Shown piece by piece: positions 22,775 through 33,462 of a stretch of 64,000 nucleotides of DNA; the stretch's first letter is position 1, and each line of letters begins with the position of its first letter. The stretch comes from Bacillus subtilis subsp. subtilis str. 168 (lineage in GTDB: Bacteria > Bacillota > Bacilli > Bacillales > Bacillaceae), in contig NC_000964.3 in NCBI RefSeq assembly GCF_000009045.1, forward strand, positions 2,418,001 to 2,482,000, in the 5' to 3' direction. Below the pieces are notes generated by a model, which saw nothing but the letters and a program-made list of their open reading frames with translations, did not search any database and was not told where the DNA came from. The translations under genes and the position numbers were made by a program.

Positions 22775-23791
22775 TTAAGATGCACCTCCTGCACGCTCAA
22801 ATACAACCCCGTGGGCGATAGTCGGGATGGTTTCTTTTTGCTGGATCATCGTCGGGCTTAATAGCGCCCCGGTCGCCACGACAAATACACGGTTTAGTTT
22901 TCCTTCTCTCAGCTGCTTAAAAATATGAGAGTAGGTGACAACCGCTGAACAAGCACAGCCGCTCCCCCCGGCAAAGACCTGCTGATCCGGAGTGTAAATC
23001 AGAAGCCCGCAATCATCATGCTTTGTGCCGACTGGATATCCATCTTCTTTTAAAATGTCTTTTACGATTGGAGAACCGACGCCTGACAGGTCACCTGTCA
23101 GGATTAGATCATAGTCATCCGCTGTCCGGTTGAGATCTTTAAAGTGCTGCTTAATCGTATCAGCTGCAGCCGGAGCCATAGCCGATCCCATATCAAAAGG
23201 ATCTGTAATTCCTAAATCAGAAACCTTCCCGACAGTCGCACTTGTGATTTGGATATCACCCGGTGTCTGACTGATGACAACTGCACCGCTTCCGGTTACA
23301 GTGGAGGTAGCAGTGTCCGGTTTTTGGCCTCCGTATTCTGTCGGATAGCGAAACTGTCTTTCCGCAGTTGCATTGTGACTGCTGGTGGCAGCGAGTGCCC
23401 TTTTGGCAAACCCTCCATCAACTAAGGCTGATGCGACAGCCACTGTTTCCATTGATGTTGAACAGGCGCCAAACATACAAAGAAATGGGATTTTCAAGTG
23501 TCTTGCCACATAGTTAGCCGTCACGTTTTGGTTCAGCAAGTCGCCTGCCAGCAATAGGTCAATATCATCTTTTGTCAGATTGTTTTTTTGAAGTGCAACA
23601 TTAACAGCGTCTTCCATCAGCTGCCGTTCCGCCATTTCCCAGCTTTTTTGATTACAATGCATTTCGTCATAGGTTTTATCAAATAAAGAGCCAAGCGGTC
23701 CGTCTTTTTCCTTTGGTCCTGCTGCCGTTCCCGCTGAGTTGACAAATATGGGATGTTCAAATACCCAGGTTTGCTTTCCTGTTAATTTCAT
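22775..23791 (-). CDS. spoVAD: Stage V sporulation protein AD (DPA-binding)
   Basis: Thiolase-like fold, GACSTS and GGSGCACS motifs. Confidence 0.95.
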
Positions 23792-23803
23792 TTTCTTCTC
23801 CTC

Positions 23804-24256
23804 CTATGACATCAGTTTCTCAAAAGCAAACCGAATCATTCCAACGATGTATGCAGCTACAACTCCGAAAACAATAACATTTCCTGCCAGTTTAAACATA
23901 TTTGTCGCTACTCCAAGCACTAATCCTTCGCTTTTATATTCAAGAGCCGCACTTGCCATACTGTTGGCAAAACCCGTGACAGGTACGGCTGAACCTGCGC
24001 CTGCGAATTGTCCGATTCTGTCATAGATTCCAAACCCTGTAAGCAGGGCAGAAATTAATATCAGCGTTGCAGCTGTTGGATTCCCCGCAGTTTTTTCATT
24101 GAAATCAAAAAAATGGATATAAAAATTTTGCAGACCTTGCCCGATTGCACAAATCAGTCCGCCCACTAAAAAGGCTTTTACACAGTTCCAGACGTAAGGC
24201 GGCTTAGGCTGATATGTTTTCACTTTTGATTTGTAATTTTCTTTTATGTTTGTCAT
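23804..24256 (-). CDS. spoVAC: Stage V sporulation protein AC
   Basis: FAGAGSAVPVTGFANS motif. Confidence 0.95.
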   Translation of the reverse strand: MTNIKENYKSKVKTYQPKPPYVWNCVKAFLVGGLICAIGQGLQNFYIHFFDFNEKTAGNPTAATLILISALLTGFGIYDRIGQFAGAGSAVPVTGFANSMASAALEYKSEGLVLGVATNMFKLAGNVIVFGVVAAYIVGMIRFAFEKLMS

Positions 24257-24268
24257 CTTGAAACCTCC

Positions 24269-24694
24269 TTATGAATGGTCAATAAAGTACAGCCAGTGAA
24301 ATAAAGATCCCGCGATTTTCCCAATCACGATGGCCATTAACAGAATAATGATTTTACTTCTGAGCCCGATTCGTTTCGCCAAAATCGGCAGGACATTTAA
24401 AACCTCTGTAAGAGCAGCCGCTAGCATCCCGACGAACAAACCTGCCAGAAGCCCGACCGGCACAGCTATCCATTTTGTTAGATAAAGATGATTCATATGA
24501 AGCGTCTCCCATCCCCCGCAAACCGCGCCAAGAATAACAGCCGCTTCATAAGCCTGAACAAATCTCATTGTTTTGGTGAGCTGCATCAGCCGCGGAATGA
24601 TTCCCATTACGGTTAAAAAAGCAACGAAACCCGCCCCCACCGTTATGCCTCCGCCGAGCCCGACAAAAATGATGAACAATACACTAACGATCAT
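24269..24694 (-). CDS. spoVAB: Stage V sporulation protein AB
   Basis: Hydrophobic; [11 protein letters not shown] motif. Confidence 0.94.
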
Positions 24695-25304
24695 GCAGAT
24701 CCTTTATGGTTTCTTGATTCTCATGCATGGCCACATATTGATCGAGATCAAGCTGATAGTTAAACATCTCAACCTCCAGCGGGCTGGGCTCTTCATTTAG
24801 GCGCTTTTTAAATATGTGGTTAAAAAACACGATCATCCCCAGTCCCAAACCGATGCTGTATGGGATTTGAAGCAAATATGGATAGTCATTCCTCTCTCCG
24901 GTTATGATTTCATATAGTGCGATATGAACATCTCTCATGCTTACATCCTCATGAAAGTTCATGATGGCAAGACACGATCCAATAAACAGAAGCAGCCAGA
25001 CACCGATAAATAGAACCGTTGATAAATTTCGCTTTCGATACTGAATTTCAACAATGGTTTCTGCTCCGCCTACGGTTTGAACATCAATTGTCGGGTCTTG
25101 TAAATGAATGGCTCTGAGGACTTGTATGATATCCAGAATTACGATATTTTTATCTTTTTCGCTCACCTGATAAAGCGGCATAGCCGAAAGTTTCTTTTTC
25201 AGCTGAAGCTGCCCTTCTATTTGCGCGGCATCTCCAACGGTAATAATATCCCCTGGATGTGCCAGCACTCGGTGGCGAAGCCGGATAAATATTCGTCGTT
25301 CCAT
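24684..25304 (-). CDS. spoVAA: Stage V sporulation protein AA
   Basis: NFHEDVSM and EPSPLEVEM motifs. Confidence 0.94.
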
Positions 25305-25336
25305 CATTGATCACCATCTTTCGGTGGTTATATATG

Positions 25337-25366
25337 TAGTATGTGGTTCGATTTTGTTCTCATTCA
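25337..25366 (-). promoter_or_regulatory. Sigma-G promoter of spoVA
   Basis: TGAATG-N17-CATACTA. Confidence 0.75.
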
Positions 25367-25428
25367 TCCGCTCGAAAAGACCATAAATTACCACGCTTTT
25401 GCACAAAAAAGCTAGCCTGCACTGCAGA

Positions 25429-26196
25429 CTAGCCATCCGTATGATCCATTTGAACCTTGATCTGTTTTAATATTTTCTTTTCAAGCCTGGAAACCTGCAC
25501 CTGAGAGATCCCGAGCCGCTCAGCCACCTCGGACTGTGTCTGGTCTTTATAATATCTGAGATAGACGATTAGTTTTTCCCTTTCCTCCAAATCGCTGATC
25601 GCTTCTTTCAGCGCAATTTTGTCAAACCATTTTTCTTCTGAGTTGTCAGCGATTTGATCAAGCAGGGTAATCGGATCTCCGTCATTTTCATAAACGGTTT
25701 CGTGAATCGAAGATGGAGCCCTTACCGCCTCTTGGGCCAGTACAACATCCTCAGCTTCAATCTCCAAATGGTCAGCGATCTCCTGCACCGTCGGCACTCT
25801 GCCCAGTGTTTTCGAAAGCTCATCCTTCGCGCGCCGGATTTTGTTTCCAAGCTCTTTTAATGACCGTGATACCTTTACGGTTCCGTCATCACGGATAAAT
25901 CGTTGGATTTCTCCGATAATCATCGGCACTGCATACGTTGAAAAACGCACATCATAGGTTAAATCAAATTTGTCAACAGATTTTAACAGCCCGATGCAGC
26001 CGATCTGGAAGAGATCGTCAGGCTCATATCCTCTGTTTAAAAACCGCTGTACGACAGACCAAACAAGACGCATGTTTTTTTCTATGAGGAGGTCTCTTGC
26101 CTGCTGGTCGCCATTTTGGCTTTGTTTGATTAATTCCTTTACTTCATGATCCTTCAGCTGAGCGTTTTTGCCGTTTTTCTTAACCTCCACATCCAT
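25429..26196 (-). CDS. sigF: RNA polymerase sporulation sigma factor F
   Basis: DLFQIGCIGLLKSVDKFD region 2 and C-terminal HTH. Confidence 0.98.
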   Translation of the reverse strand: MDVEVKKNGKNAQLKDHEVKELIKQSQNGDQQARDLLIEKNMRLVWSVVQRFLNRGYEPDDLFQIGCIGLLKSVDKFDLTYDVRFSTYAVPMIIGEIQRFIRDDGTVKVSRSLKELGNKIRRAKDELSKTLGRVPTVQEIADHLEIEAEDVVLAQEAVRAPSSIHETVYENDGDPITLLDQIADNSEEKWFDKIALKEAISDLEEREKLIVYLRYYKDQTQSEVAERLGISQVQVSRLEKKILKQIKVQMDHTDG

Positions 26197-26207
26197 AACA
26201 AATCTCC

Positions 26208-26648
26208 TTAATTACAAAGCGCTTTGCTTTTTGATAAGTGCTTTGTTAAGCGAATCGTTGTTCCCATTTCAGGCGATGAATCGATACTGACATCATCCAT
26301 GAAATTTTCCATAATGGTAAAGCCCATTCCAGAGCGCTCAAGCTCAGGCTTAGTCGTAAATAGAGGCTGACGGGCTTCTTCAAGATCTGTAATGCCTAAG
26401 CCTTCATCACGAATAGTCATATATACGACATGATCTTCCAGCGTCACTGAAATGTAAACTTTCCCTTCACAGTTCTCTTCATATCCATGGATAATCGCAT
26501 TCGTGACAGCCTCTGACACGACTGTTTTGATTTCAGTCAGTTCATCCATTGTCGGGTCCAGCTGAGCTATAAATGAAGCAACTGTCACACGGGCGAACGA
26601 TTCATTCTGACTGAGGGCAGAAAACTCAAGGTGCATTTCATTTTTCAT
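26208..26648 (-). CDS. spoIIAB: Anti-sigma F factor / serine kinase
   Basis: [11 protein letters not shown] and GMGFTIM HATPase motifs. Confidence 0.98.
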   Translation of the reverse strand: MKNEMHLEFSALSQNESFARVTVASFIAQLDPTMDELTEIKTVVSEAVTNAIIHGYEENCEGKVYISVTLEDHVVYMTIRDEGLGITDLEEARQPLFTTKPELERSGMGFTIMENFMDDVSIDSSPEMGTTIRLTKHLSKSKALCN

Positions 26649-26998
26649 GATGCCACCCCCAGTGTCAGGAGTGCCTGCTGTTCAGATTGTTCAAATCGGA
26701 TAATTTTAAACAGACCCGACATATCAAACAATCGCTTCACCGCAGGAGAGATAGCGCAAACAACCATTTCTCCGCCAATTTGCTTAATTTGCTTGTATCT
26801 TCCTAAAATAACGCCAAGCCCCGAGCTGTCCATAAAGGAAAGGTCCTCCAAGTTCAGCACGATATGGCGAATATCATCCTTCTCCAATGATTGAGTCACT
26901 TTTTGCTTCAGGGTTTCAGCCGTATGGTGATCGAGTTCGCCTGTTAATCGAATACAAAGCACAGATTCTTTGACATTCATGTCAATTCCAAGGCTCAT
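26645..26998 (-). CDS. spoIIAA: Anti-anti-sigma F factor
   Basis: STAS domain FMDSSGLG. Confidence 0.98.
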   Translation of the reverse strand: MSLGIDMNVKESVLCIRLTGELDHHTAETLKQKVTQSLEKDDIRHIVLNLEDLSFMDSSGLGVILGRYKQIKQIGGEMVVCAISPAVKRLFDMSGLFKIIRFEQSEQQALLTLGVAS

Positions 26999-27019
26999 GC
27001 TCATTCCTCCTTGATATGA

Positions 27020-27092
27020 TCGGATAATGAGTGTTTCGATTTCGACGGAATGAATTCCTTCACCGTGACAAAACTAGTGGTCATTCGGCATA
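27020..27092 (-). promoter_or_regulatory. spoIIA promoter region: sigma-H-like -35 and Spo0A boxes
   Basis: GAAGGAATT -35-like element; TGCCGAA (27084-27090) and CGTCGAA (27041-27047) match or nearly match TGNCGAA. Confidence 0.55.
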
Positions 27093-27093
27093 A

Positions 27094-28263
27094 TTACTTA
27101 AATTTTGTCCAGTCTCCCATCGTCCGCTTTAAGAATGTGATAAACCCGGCTTTCTTCATATCTTCTTTTGCAGCAACAGGACTTTCAGCGAGTACTTCTC
27201 CATCCTTTTTCAGAACAAGAGTGCCAAGCTCTTGGCCTTTTTGAATCGGAGCACTAATATTGTCCTTCATCTTGATTTCTTTTTTCACATCGTTCATATC
27301 CTCGCCTTTTTTCGTCAATATTGAAATCGGCTCAGATGTAGTGAGTTCGATAAATTTTTGTTTCCCTTTTTTGACCTTTACTTTTGCTACTGTTTGATTT
27401 CGTTTATATAAAGGATGCGTTTCATATTGGCTAAAGGCGAAGTCAAGCATTTTTGTCACTTGCGCGTTTCTTTCTTTAGGCGTGCTCGCTCCGAATACAA
27501 CCGCTATGGCCCGCATGTTTCCTTTTTTAGCCGAAGCAGTCAGACAATATTTCGCTTCGCCTGTATAGCCTGTTTTTACGCCGTCTACACCAGGATAAAA
27601 TTTGATAAGGCGATTTGTATTTACAAGCCAAAACTTTTTATCTGTATTTTCACGCAGATAATCTTCATACGTGCCGGTAAACTTCGTAATTGATTCGTAT
27701 TTCAATAATTCCTTAGCCATGATTGCCATGTCATAAGCAGAGCTGTAGTGTCCTTCCTCGGTCAGTCCTGTTGGGTTTTTAAAGGATGTATTTTTCAATC
27801 CCAGCTCTTTTGCTTTTTTATTCATTTTCTTCACAAATTCTTCTTCAGAGCCGGAAATAAATTCAGCCATGGCGACGGAAGCGTCATTTCCCGAAGCGAT
27901 TGCGATGCCTTTCAGCATTTCTTTGACAGTCATTTCTTCGCCGGGCTCAAGGAATATCTGTGAGCCGCCCATTGACGCCGCATGCTCGCTTGTACGGACC
28001 TTATCACTCATTTTGATTTTGCCTTTATCTAAAGCTTCCATAATCAAAAGCATCGTCATAATTTTCGTCATGCTTGCAGGCGCCAGTCTCTCATTGCTGT
28101 TCTTGTTGTAAAGCACTTTTCCCGTGTCACGTTCTATCAGCACCGCAGACTTCGCTTCATGAGCAAGCTCCGATGTACGTTTTCCGTCTTGTTTTGCAAA
28201 TGCAGACGGTGCAAATGTAAGCAGCATTATACCAATCAACAAAGTGGATAAAAGACGTTTCAT
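27094..28263 (-). CDS. dacF: D-alanyl-D-alanine carboxypeptidase DacF
   Basis: SMTK, SGN and KTG motifs; real start MKRLLST after GGAGG. Confidence 0.96.
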   Translation of the reverse strand: MKRLLSTLLIGIMLLTFAPSAFAKQDGKRTSELAHEAKSAVLIERDTGKVLYNKNSNERLAPASMTKIMTMLLIMEALDKGKIKMSDKVRTSEHAASMGGSQIFLEPGEEMTVKEMLKGIAIASGNDASVAMAEFISGSEEEFVKKMNKKAKELGLKNTSFKNPTGLTEEGHYSSAYDMAIMAKELLKYESITKFTGTYEDYLRENTDKKFWLVNTNRLIKFYPGVDGVKTGYTGEAKYCLTASAKKGNMRAIAVVFGASTPKERNAQVTKMLDFAFSQYETHPLYKRNQTVAKVKVKKGKQKFIELTTSEPISILTKKGEDMNDVKKEIKMKDNISAPIQKGQELGTLVLKKDGEVLAESPVAAKEDMKKAGFITFLKRTMGDWTKFK

Positions 28264-28293
28264 CTCAAAAGCCCTCCATTTCATAATCCTTTT

Positions 28294-28322
28294 TATTTTT
28301 TCCAAGCGTGATGGTTTTATAC
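28294..28322 (-). promoter_or_regulatory. Sigma-F/G-type promoter of dacF
   Basis: GTATA-N14-GGAAAAAATA. Confidence 0.5.
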
Positions 28323-28356
28323 GCCACTGATGGAAAATGTTTCGAATTTTGGGCAT

Positions 28357-28397
28357 AAAAAAAGACAGCTGTGTGATATCAGACACAGCTGTCTTTT
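28357..28397 (-). terminator. Terminator after drm-pupG
   Basis: AAAAGACAGCTGTGT/ACACAGCTGTCTTTT long stem. Confidence 0.8.
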
Positions 28398-28417
28398 GGT
28401 CCTGCATTGATTCATAT

Positions 28418-29233
28418 TTATTCGTACTGAGCGACGATCGCTTTAACAAGCTTTAAGAATCCAGCTTTTACTTTTTCGGTCACTTCCATAACTTCATCGT
28501 GACTTAAAGGCTGATCCAGAATTCCGGCTGCCGCGTTAGAGATGCAGGAAATGCCAAGAACCCGCATTCCCGCATGATTCGCTACAATGACTTCCGGAAC
28601 AGTAGACATGCCGACTGCATCAGAGCCCATCGTTCTTAAGAAACGGACTTCTGCCGGTGTTTCGTAAGAAGGTCCTGTCACAGCAGTGTACACGCCTTTT
28701 TGAATTGGGATATTAAGGTCTTTCGCAATCTTTTCAGCCAGGCTGGACAGATCTTTGTCATAGGCTGAAGACATATCTGGAAATCTGGCGCCGAAATCTG
28801 CTTCGTTTGGCCCGATTAACGGGTTTGTTCCCATAAAGTTGATATGATCGGTAATAATCATTAAATCTCCCGCACGGAATTCAGTGTTGACACCGCCTGC
28901 GGCATTTGTCACGATCAACGCTTCCACACCGAGCGCTTTCATCACGCGTACAGGGAATGTGACTTTCTCCATTGAGTAGCCTTCATAAAAATGAAAGCGG
29001 CCCTGCATTGCAATGACGGAAACTCCTTCAAGAGTGCCAAGCACAAGCTGTCCGGCATGCCCTTCAACAGTAGATACCGGGAATTCAGGTATATCTTCAT
29101 ATTTCAGCTTGACCGGATTTTCGATTTCGTCCGCCAAAATGCCAAGACCTGAGCCTAAAATAAGGCCGATCTTTGGAGATTCCGGCAGGTTTTGTTTAAT
29201 AAAAGCGGCTGCGCGTTCAATTCTGTCCTTCAA
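28418..29233 (-). CDS. pupG: Purine nucleoside phosphorylase
   Basis: GLILGSGLG, GPSYET and GMSTVPEV motifs (also called punA). Confidence 0.96.
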   Translation of the reverse strand: MKDRIERAAAFIKQNLPESPKIGLILGSGLGILADEIENPVKLKYEDIPEFPVSTVEGHAGQLVLGTLEGVSVIAMQGRFHFYEGYSMEKVTFPVRVMKALGVEALIVTNAAGGVNTEFRAGDLMIITDHINFMGTNPLIGPNEADFGARFPDMSSAYDKDLSSLAEKIAKDLNIPIQKGVYTAVTGPSYETPAEVRFLRTMGSDAVGMSTVPEVIVANHAGMRVLGISCISNAAAGILDQPLSHDEVMEVTEKVKAGFLKLVKAIVAQYE

Positions 29234-29245
29234 GAAACAGTCCCC

Positions 29246-30430
29246 CTATTGTAATAAAGATAAAAAGCTTTTCCCGTATTTCGGTTTATTTGTTTGGAAA
29301 TTATCAGCGATCGTTGCGCCAATATCGGCAAATGTATCTGCAAGCGGCAGCATTTGCGCTTTCTTATGTTTTTTGCTGTAAGCGAGAATCGGCACATACT
29401 CGCGTGTATGGTCAGTCCCATGATGAATCGGATCATTGCCGTGGTCGGCTGTAATAATTAACAGATCGTCTTCTCTCATTTTTTCAAACACTTCCGGAAG
29501 CCGCGCATCAAATTCTTCAAGCGCGCGTCCGTAGCCTTCAGGGTCACGGCGGTGTCCGAATAACGCGTCAAAATCAACAAGGTTCGCAAAGCTCAGACCC
29601 GTAAAATCTTCTCCCAGCGTATCGATCACCTTGTCCATTCCGTCCATATTAGAAACCGTTCTGCGTGAAGAAGTAATGCCTTCTCCGTCGTAAATATCAG
29701 AGATTTTACCGATTGAAATCACATCTAAGCCGCAGTCTTTCAATTCATTCATGACAGTGCGGTCAAACGGCTTCAGCGCATAATCATGGCGGTTTGGCGT
29801 CCGTTTGAATTGACCCGGCTCTCCGACGAACGGCCGTGCAATAATGCGGCCAACCATATATTTCGGATCAAGCGTCAGCTCTCTCGCCGTTTCGCAAATG
29901 CGATACAGCTCCTCAAGCGGCACAACCTCTTCGTGAGCGGCAATTTGCAGAACAGAGTCAGCAGACGTGTAAACAATTAAAGCCCCTGTCTCCATGTGCT
30001 CCTGGCCAAGCTCATCCAAAATCGCTGTGCCGGAAGCCGGCTTGTTTCCAATAATTTTGCGGCCAGATCTCTTTTCCAGCTCTTGAAGCAATTCATCAGG
30101 AAAGCCTTCCGGGAACACTTTAAACGGTTTATCAATGTATAAACCCATAATCTCCCAATGGCCGGTCATCGTATCTTTGCCGTTTGACGCTTCTTGCATT
30201 TTTCCATAATAGGCAAGCGGATGTTCTGTTTTTTCTACACCTTTGATATCTTCGATAAGACCAAGGCCGAGCTTTGCCATATTCGGCATATGTAATCCGT
30301 TCATATGCTCGGCAATATGACCGAGCGTATGAGCGCCTTCGTCATTAAAGTCAGCGGCATCCGGCGCTTCGCCGATTCCGACTGAGTCCATCACAATTAA
30401 AAACACACGATTATATTTGTATGCAGGCAT
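29246..30430 (-). CDS. drm: Phosphopentomutase
   Basis: [17 protein letters not shown] and TADHGNDP motifs. Confidence 0.97.
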   Translation of the reverse strand: MPAYKYNRVFLIVMDSVGIGEAPDAADFNDEGAHTLGHIAEHMNGLHMPNMAKLGLGLIEDIKGVEKTEHPLAYYGKMQEASNGKDTMTGHWEIMGLYIDKPFKVFPEGFPDELLQELEKRSGRKIIGNKPASGTAILDELGQEHMETGALIVYTSADSVLQIAAHEEVVPLEELYRICETARELTLDPKYMVGRIIARPFVGEPGQFKRTPNRHDYALKPFDRTVMNELKDCGLDVISIGKISDIYDGEGITSSRRTVSNMDGMDKVIDTLGEDFTGLSFANLVDFDALFGHRRDPEGYGRALEEFDARLPEVFEKMREDDLLIITADHGNDPIHHGTDHTREYVPILAYSKKHKKAQMLPLADTFADIGATIADNFQTNKPKYGKSFLSLLQ

Positions 30431-30492
30431 CTTGAAAGCCTCCTTTTTTTCTATACGTCTATTGTATCGCTAAGAGGTCTGACAACTCAAGT

Positions 30493-30506
30493 ATAAACCG
30501 TTTTCA
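30493..30506 (-). promoter_or_regulatory. cre (CcpA) site upstream of drm
   Basis: TGAAAACGGTTTAT versus TGWAANCGNTNWCA. Confidence 0.65.
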
Positions 30507-30567
30507 TTCCCGTTGACAATGTATTTGGAAATAATGAGAAACTTCAATATTTTCTGTCGCTCTAAAC

Positions 30568-30592
30568 AAAAAAGCCGCAGCCACCTGCGGCT
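30568..30592 (-). terminator. Terminator after ripX
   Basis: AGCCGCAG/CTGCGGCT stem plus T-run. Confidence 0.7.
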
Positions 30593-31481
30593 ATGCTCGC
30601 GGATGAAACTGCTTGTACACATCCTTCAGCCTTGTTTTCGTCACATGCGTATAAATTTGCGTCGTGGATATATCCGCATGACCGAGCATTTCCTGCACCG
30701 CTCTTAAATCTGCCCCGTTCTCAAGCAGATGCGTCGCAAAGGAATGCCTGAGTGTATGCGGAGTCAGCTCTTTCTTAATGCCGGCTTCCAATGCGATTTT
30801 TTTCAGGTTCTTCCAAAATCCCTGGCGGCTGATCTGTTTGCCGTGATGATTTAAAAAGAGGGCGTCAGATACATTATTTTTTAACAGTTTTCCCCTGGCT
30901 TTTGTCATATATTCCTCAATGGCGGAAGCAGCGGCTTCACCGATTGGCACAATCCGTTCTTTTCTTCCTTTGCCGAAGCATCGGATAAACCCCATAGATA
31001 AATGAACATCAGCCGTTTTCAATTCAATCATTTCACTGACTCGTATGCCTGTCGCATAAAGCAGCTCCAGCATTGCTTTATCCCGATATCCGAAAGGGCT
31101 CGTCAGCTTAGGCGTGTCCAATAACCGCTCGACTTCATTGAGCGCGAGCACCTTCGGAAGCGCCCGTTCCGTCTTTTGTGTTTCGATATGAACGGAAGGG
31201 TCCTTATCCGTTACTTTTTCCCTGAGCAGAAATTGATGAAAAGAGCGAATGGATGCCAAATGCCGCGCCGATGTCTTGCCGGATTTCCCCGAGTCCTTCA
31301 AATGCTTTAAGTATTGGATAATATGTATGCGGGTAACGTGATTCCAATCTGTAACATGAAGGGTTTCTGTTAAGTAGAGAGAATAGCTTTTCAAGTCACG
31401 TTCATAGGATACGATCGTATTTTGAGAGAGCCCTCTCTCTACCATAACGTAGTGGATGAAATCCTTTATTTGATCTTTCAC
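30591..31481 (-). CDS. ripX: XerD-type tyrosine recombinase RipX
   Basis: [41 protein letters not shown]. Confidence 0.96.
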
Positions 31482-31488
31482 TCTTGAT

Positions 31489-31716
31489 CTACTCCCCGTT
31501 TTGGTAAAAAAAGATCAACCGGTCGAACCATCCGCCTTTTTCATCCTGATCCATTTCAACAACTTTTACAGCGGAGCCTTCCGGTTTATCATACCGATGA
31601 TAGTTTTCATACTCTTGATTCACCCATATCATAGCATAATAGAACAAAGCGGTAAAACCGGTAAACAGGATGAAAACTTTCAATGCATCGACAGCTGTTT
31701 TCAGGAATCTTCCCAT
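31489..31716 (-). CDS. yqzK: Small membrane protein YqzK
   Basis: 75 aa, one TM helix, [11 protein letters not shown]; 7 nt upstream of ripX. Confidence 0.85.
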   Translation of the reverse strand: MGRFLKTAVDALKVFILFTGFTALFYYAMIWVNQEYENYHRYDKPEGSAVKVVEMDQDEKGGWFDRLIFFYQNGE

Positions 31717-31758
31717 GTCCTAATCGATCCTTTCCCTATGGTTCCAGTTATATAAACC

Positions 31759-31785
31759 ATATGCCAAATCAGAAAGGTTTTATAC
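31759..31785 (-). promoter_or_regulatory. Candidate sigma-F promoter of yqzK-ripX
   Basis: GTATA-N15-GGCATAT. Confidence 0.5.
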
Positions 31786-31840
31786 ATAGAAACAGCAAAA
31801 AACCCTTTCCCCATGAGAAAAGGTTCGCGCTCGGCACCGT

Positions 31841-32290
31841 CTATTCAGTTTCTTTTCCGTTACAGCGGTGGCAAATGCCGTGAAACGTCAATCTATGATC
31901 TTTAATCTTAAATTTCCAATCACGTTCAATGATTTCTTCCACGTCTTCAAGCAAATCTTCTTCAATTTCATCAACGGCTCCGCACTCCATGCACACCAAG
32001 TGGTGATGAAAGTGAGCTGCGCCCTCTTTCCGAAGGTCGTAACGGGACACACCGTCTCCAAAGTTAATTTTATCTACGACTTTTAATTCAGTTAATAATT
32101 CAAGCGTACGGTATACTGTAGCGAGACCGATCTCAGGAGATTTCTCTTTTACGAGGAGGTATACATCTTCTGCGCTTAAATGGTCTTCTTCGTTTTCAAG
32201 CAGCACTCTTACTGTCGCTTCACGCTGTGGCGTAAGTTTATAGCTGGATGAGTGCAGTTGTTTCTTAATACGATCAATACGGTTTTCCAT
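31841..32290 (-). CDS. fur: Ferric uptake regulator Fur
   Basis: GLATVYRTL, HFHHHLVCMEC and C-terminal CHRC. Confidence 0.97.
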   Translation of the reverse strand: MENRIDRIKKQLHSSSYKLTPQREATVRVLLENEEDHLSAEDVYLLVKEKSPEIGLATVYRTLELLTELKVVDKINFGDGVSRYDLRKEGAAHFHHHLVCMECGAVDEIEEDLLEDVEEIIERDWKFKIKDHRLTFHGICHRCNGKETE

Positions 32291-32322
32291 GTCTTTCCCT
32301 CCTACGCCGCATTCCATGACTC

Positions 32323-32366
32323 ATTATAACAAAATACGCGCAGAGTTCCAACTATAATTATTATAA
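32323..32366 (-). promoter_or_regulatory. fur sigma-A promoter with adjacent PerR box
   Basis: TTGGAA-N17-TATAAT; TTATAATAATTATAG at 32352-32366 (14/15 to TTATAATNATTATAA). Confidence 0.75.
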
Positions 32367-32402
32367 ACTGATAAATAAAATGGTTTTCTTTTAATAATGA
32401 TT

Positions 32403-33047
32403 TTAAAAAAGTCTAGATGTAAGCTTTTCCATTAAAACAGGAGATAAGTATGCTTCAAAGAGAGATGAAATCAGCGCTAAAAACAGAATGACCAGCAGCA
32501 CAAAGGCATACCGCCCGAACCATTGAATCGGCGCGTCATGCAGGCTTCGTTTCACGAACAGCTGTCTGATTAACTTTAAAGAAAACGCAATTGCACATGT
32601 GCCCATAATGAGATAAGCCGGAATCAGCAGCACATTTTGCGGCAAAACGGAGACAAATGATAGGAAAAACCCGCTTACTCCCATCTGATTGACTAGGAAC
32701 CCGACAGTAAAGCCGACGACGATCCCTTTCAGAAAGATCATAATGAAAATAATCGGCATCCCAATGACGGAAATTCCCAGTATCCACATCAGGCCTAAAT
32801 ACTTTGCATTATGAAAGATACTTTGCCCAAACATATCAGCTGAACTTGCCTGTTTTCCATCCGAAAGCTGTCCAAAAAATTGACTTAAGTAGTAGTATAA
32901 ATCTTCTTTCTGGCTGATGGTCATACTGTTGACAATAATCGCGCCAAAGATGACACCCATGAAAAACAGCACTGACACAAATATATAAAGAGAGAGATGA
33001 TCTTTGACATGCCTGAGAAACATGTCCTTATAAGAGATTTTTCGCAT
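32403..33047 (-). CDS. spoIIM: Stage II sporulation protein M
   Basis: Multi-TM protein, PQNVLLIP motif. Confidence 0.95.
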
Positions 33048-33087
33048 ACCGTTTCCTCCCGCCCGCTCTAGTGATTTGATTTAATAG

Positions 33088-33115
33088 ATTGTATGAAAGA
33101 AACAGAAAAACATGC
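33088..33115 (-). promoter_or_regulatory. Sigma-E promoter of spoIIM
   Basis: GCATGTT-N13-CATACAAT. Confidence 0.7.
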
Positions 33116-33147
33116 CCTTTTTCAAAAAGAAACAATAGAGATGAATG

Positions 33148-33363
33148 CTAGGCGGCTTTTTGGGGCACAAAAAAATCCTTATCATCAACTGCTGTATGAT
33201 CATAAGGATTCTTATGCTTCCGTTTATTCAAAATCTCTTTTTTGCTTTTTGTCATTCTTCCATGTGTGCTGAAAGATGGTGTGCTGCCTCTTGATAATAA
33301 GACGTCACGTCCGCCGTTTCTCAATCGATGCCCCCGCTTCTTTTTCGCTTGGCTTTTTGCCAT
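33148..33363 (-). CDS. brfA: Ribosome rescue factor BrfA (YqkK)
   Basis: 71-aa very basic protein (SRGSTPSFSTHGRMTKSK) with an in-CDS terminator upstream of the stop codon. Confidence 0.88.
   Translation of the reverse strand: MAKSQAKKKRGHRLRNGGRDVLLSRGSTPSFSTHGRMTKSKKEILNKRKHKNPYDHTAVDDKDFFVPQKAA
33169..33210 (-). terminator. Intrinsic terminator inside the brfA coding sequence
   Basis: AATCCTTAT.ATCA / TGAT.ATAAGGATT stem followed by T-run, about 20 nt before TAG. Confidence 0.85.
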
Positions 33364-33420
33364 GTGATCACTCCCTTTTTTATTTTCATAGTAATGATAA
33401 CAAAATTGAACAATGATAAG

Positions 33421-33455
33421 AAAAAAACAGCACCTGCTACGACAGGTGCTGTTTA
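33421..33455 (-). terminator. Terminator after mleA
   Basis: AAACAGCACCTG/CAGGTGCTGTTT stem. Confidence 0.8.
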
Positions 33456-33462
33456 GCTACAT

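Noticed and set aside
28264-28449. N-terminal extension of dacF in the ORF track
   Set aside because: Runs through the pupG terminator and dacF promoter; the true start has a GGAGG RBS and signal peptide. Similar over-extensions were trimmed for resA, rluB, spmB, scpA, scpB, polYB, yqkA, yqjN, ansA, nudF and others.
30591-31481. Tyrosine recombinase as a sign of a prophage or island
   Set aside because: It is the housekeeping XerD homologue in its usual fur-yqzK-xerD-drm context; no att repeats or phage genes nearby
33393-33419. AATGATAA direct repeat upstream of brfA as a Fur box
   Set aside because: Direct rather than inverted arrangement; does not fit the 7-1-7 Fur consensus; AT-rich chance match likely
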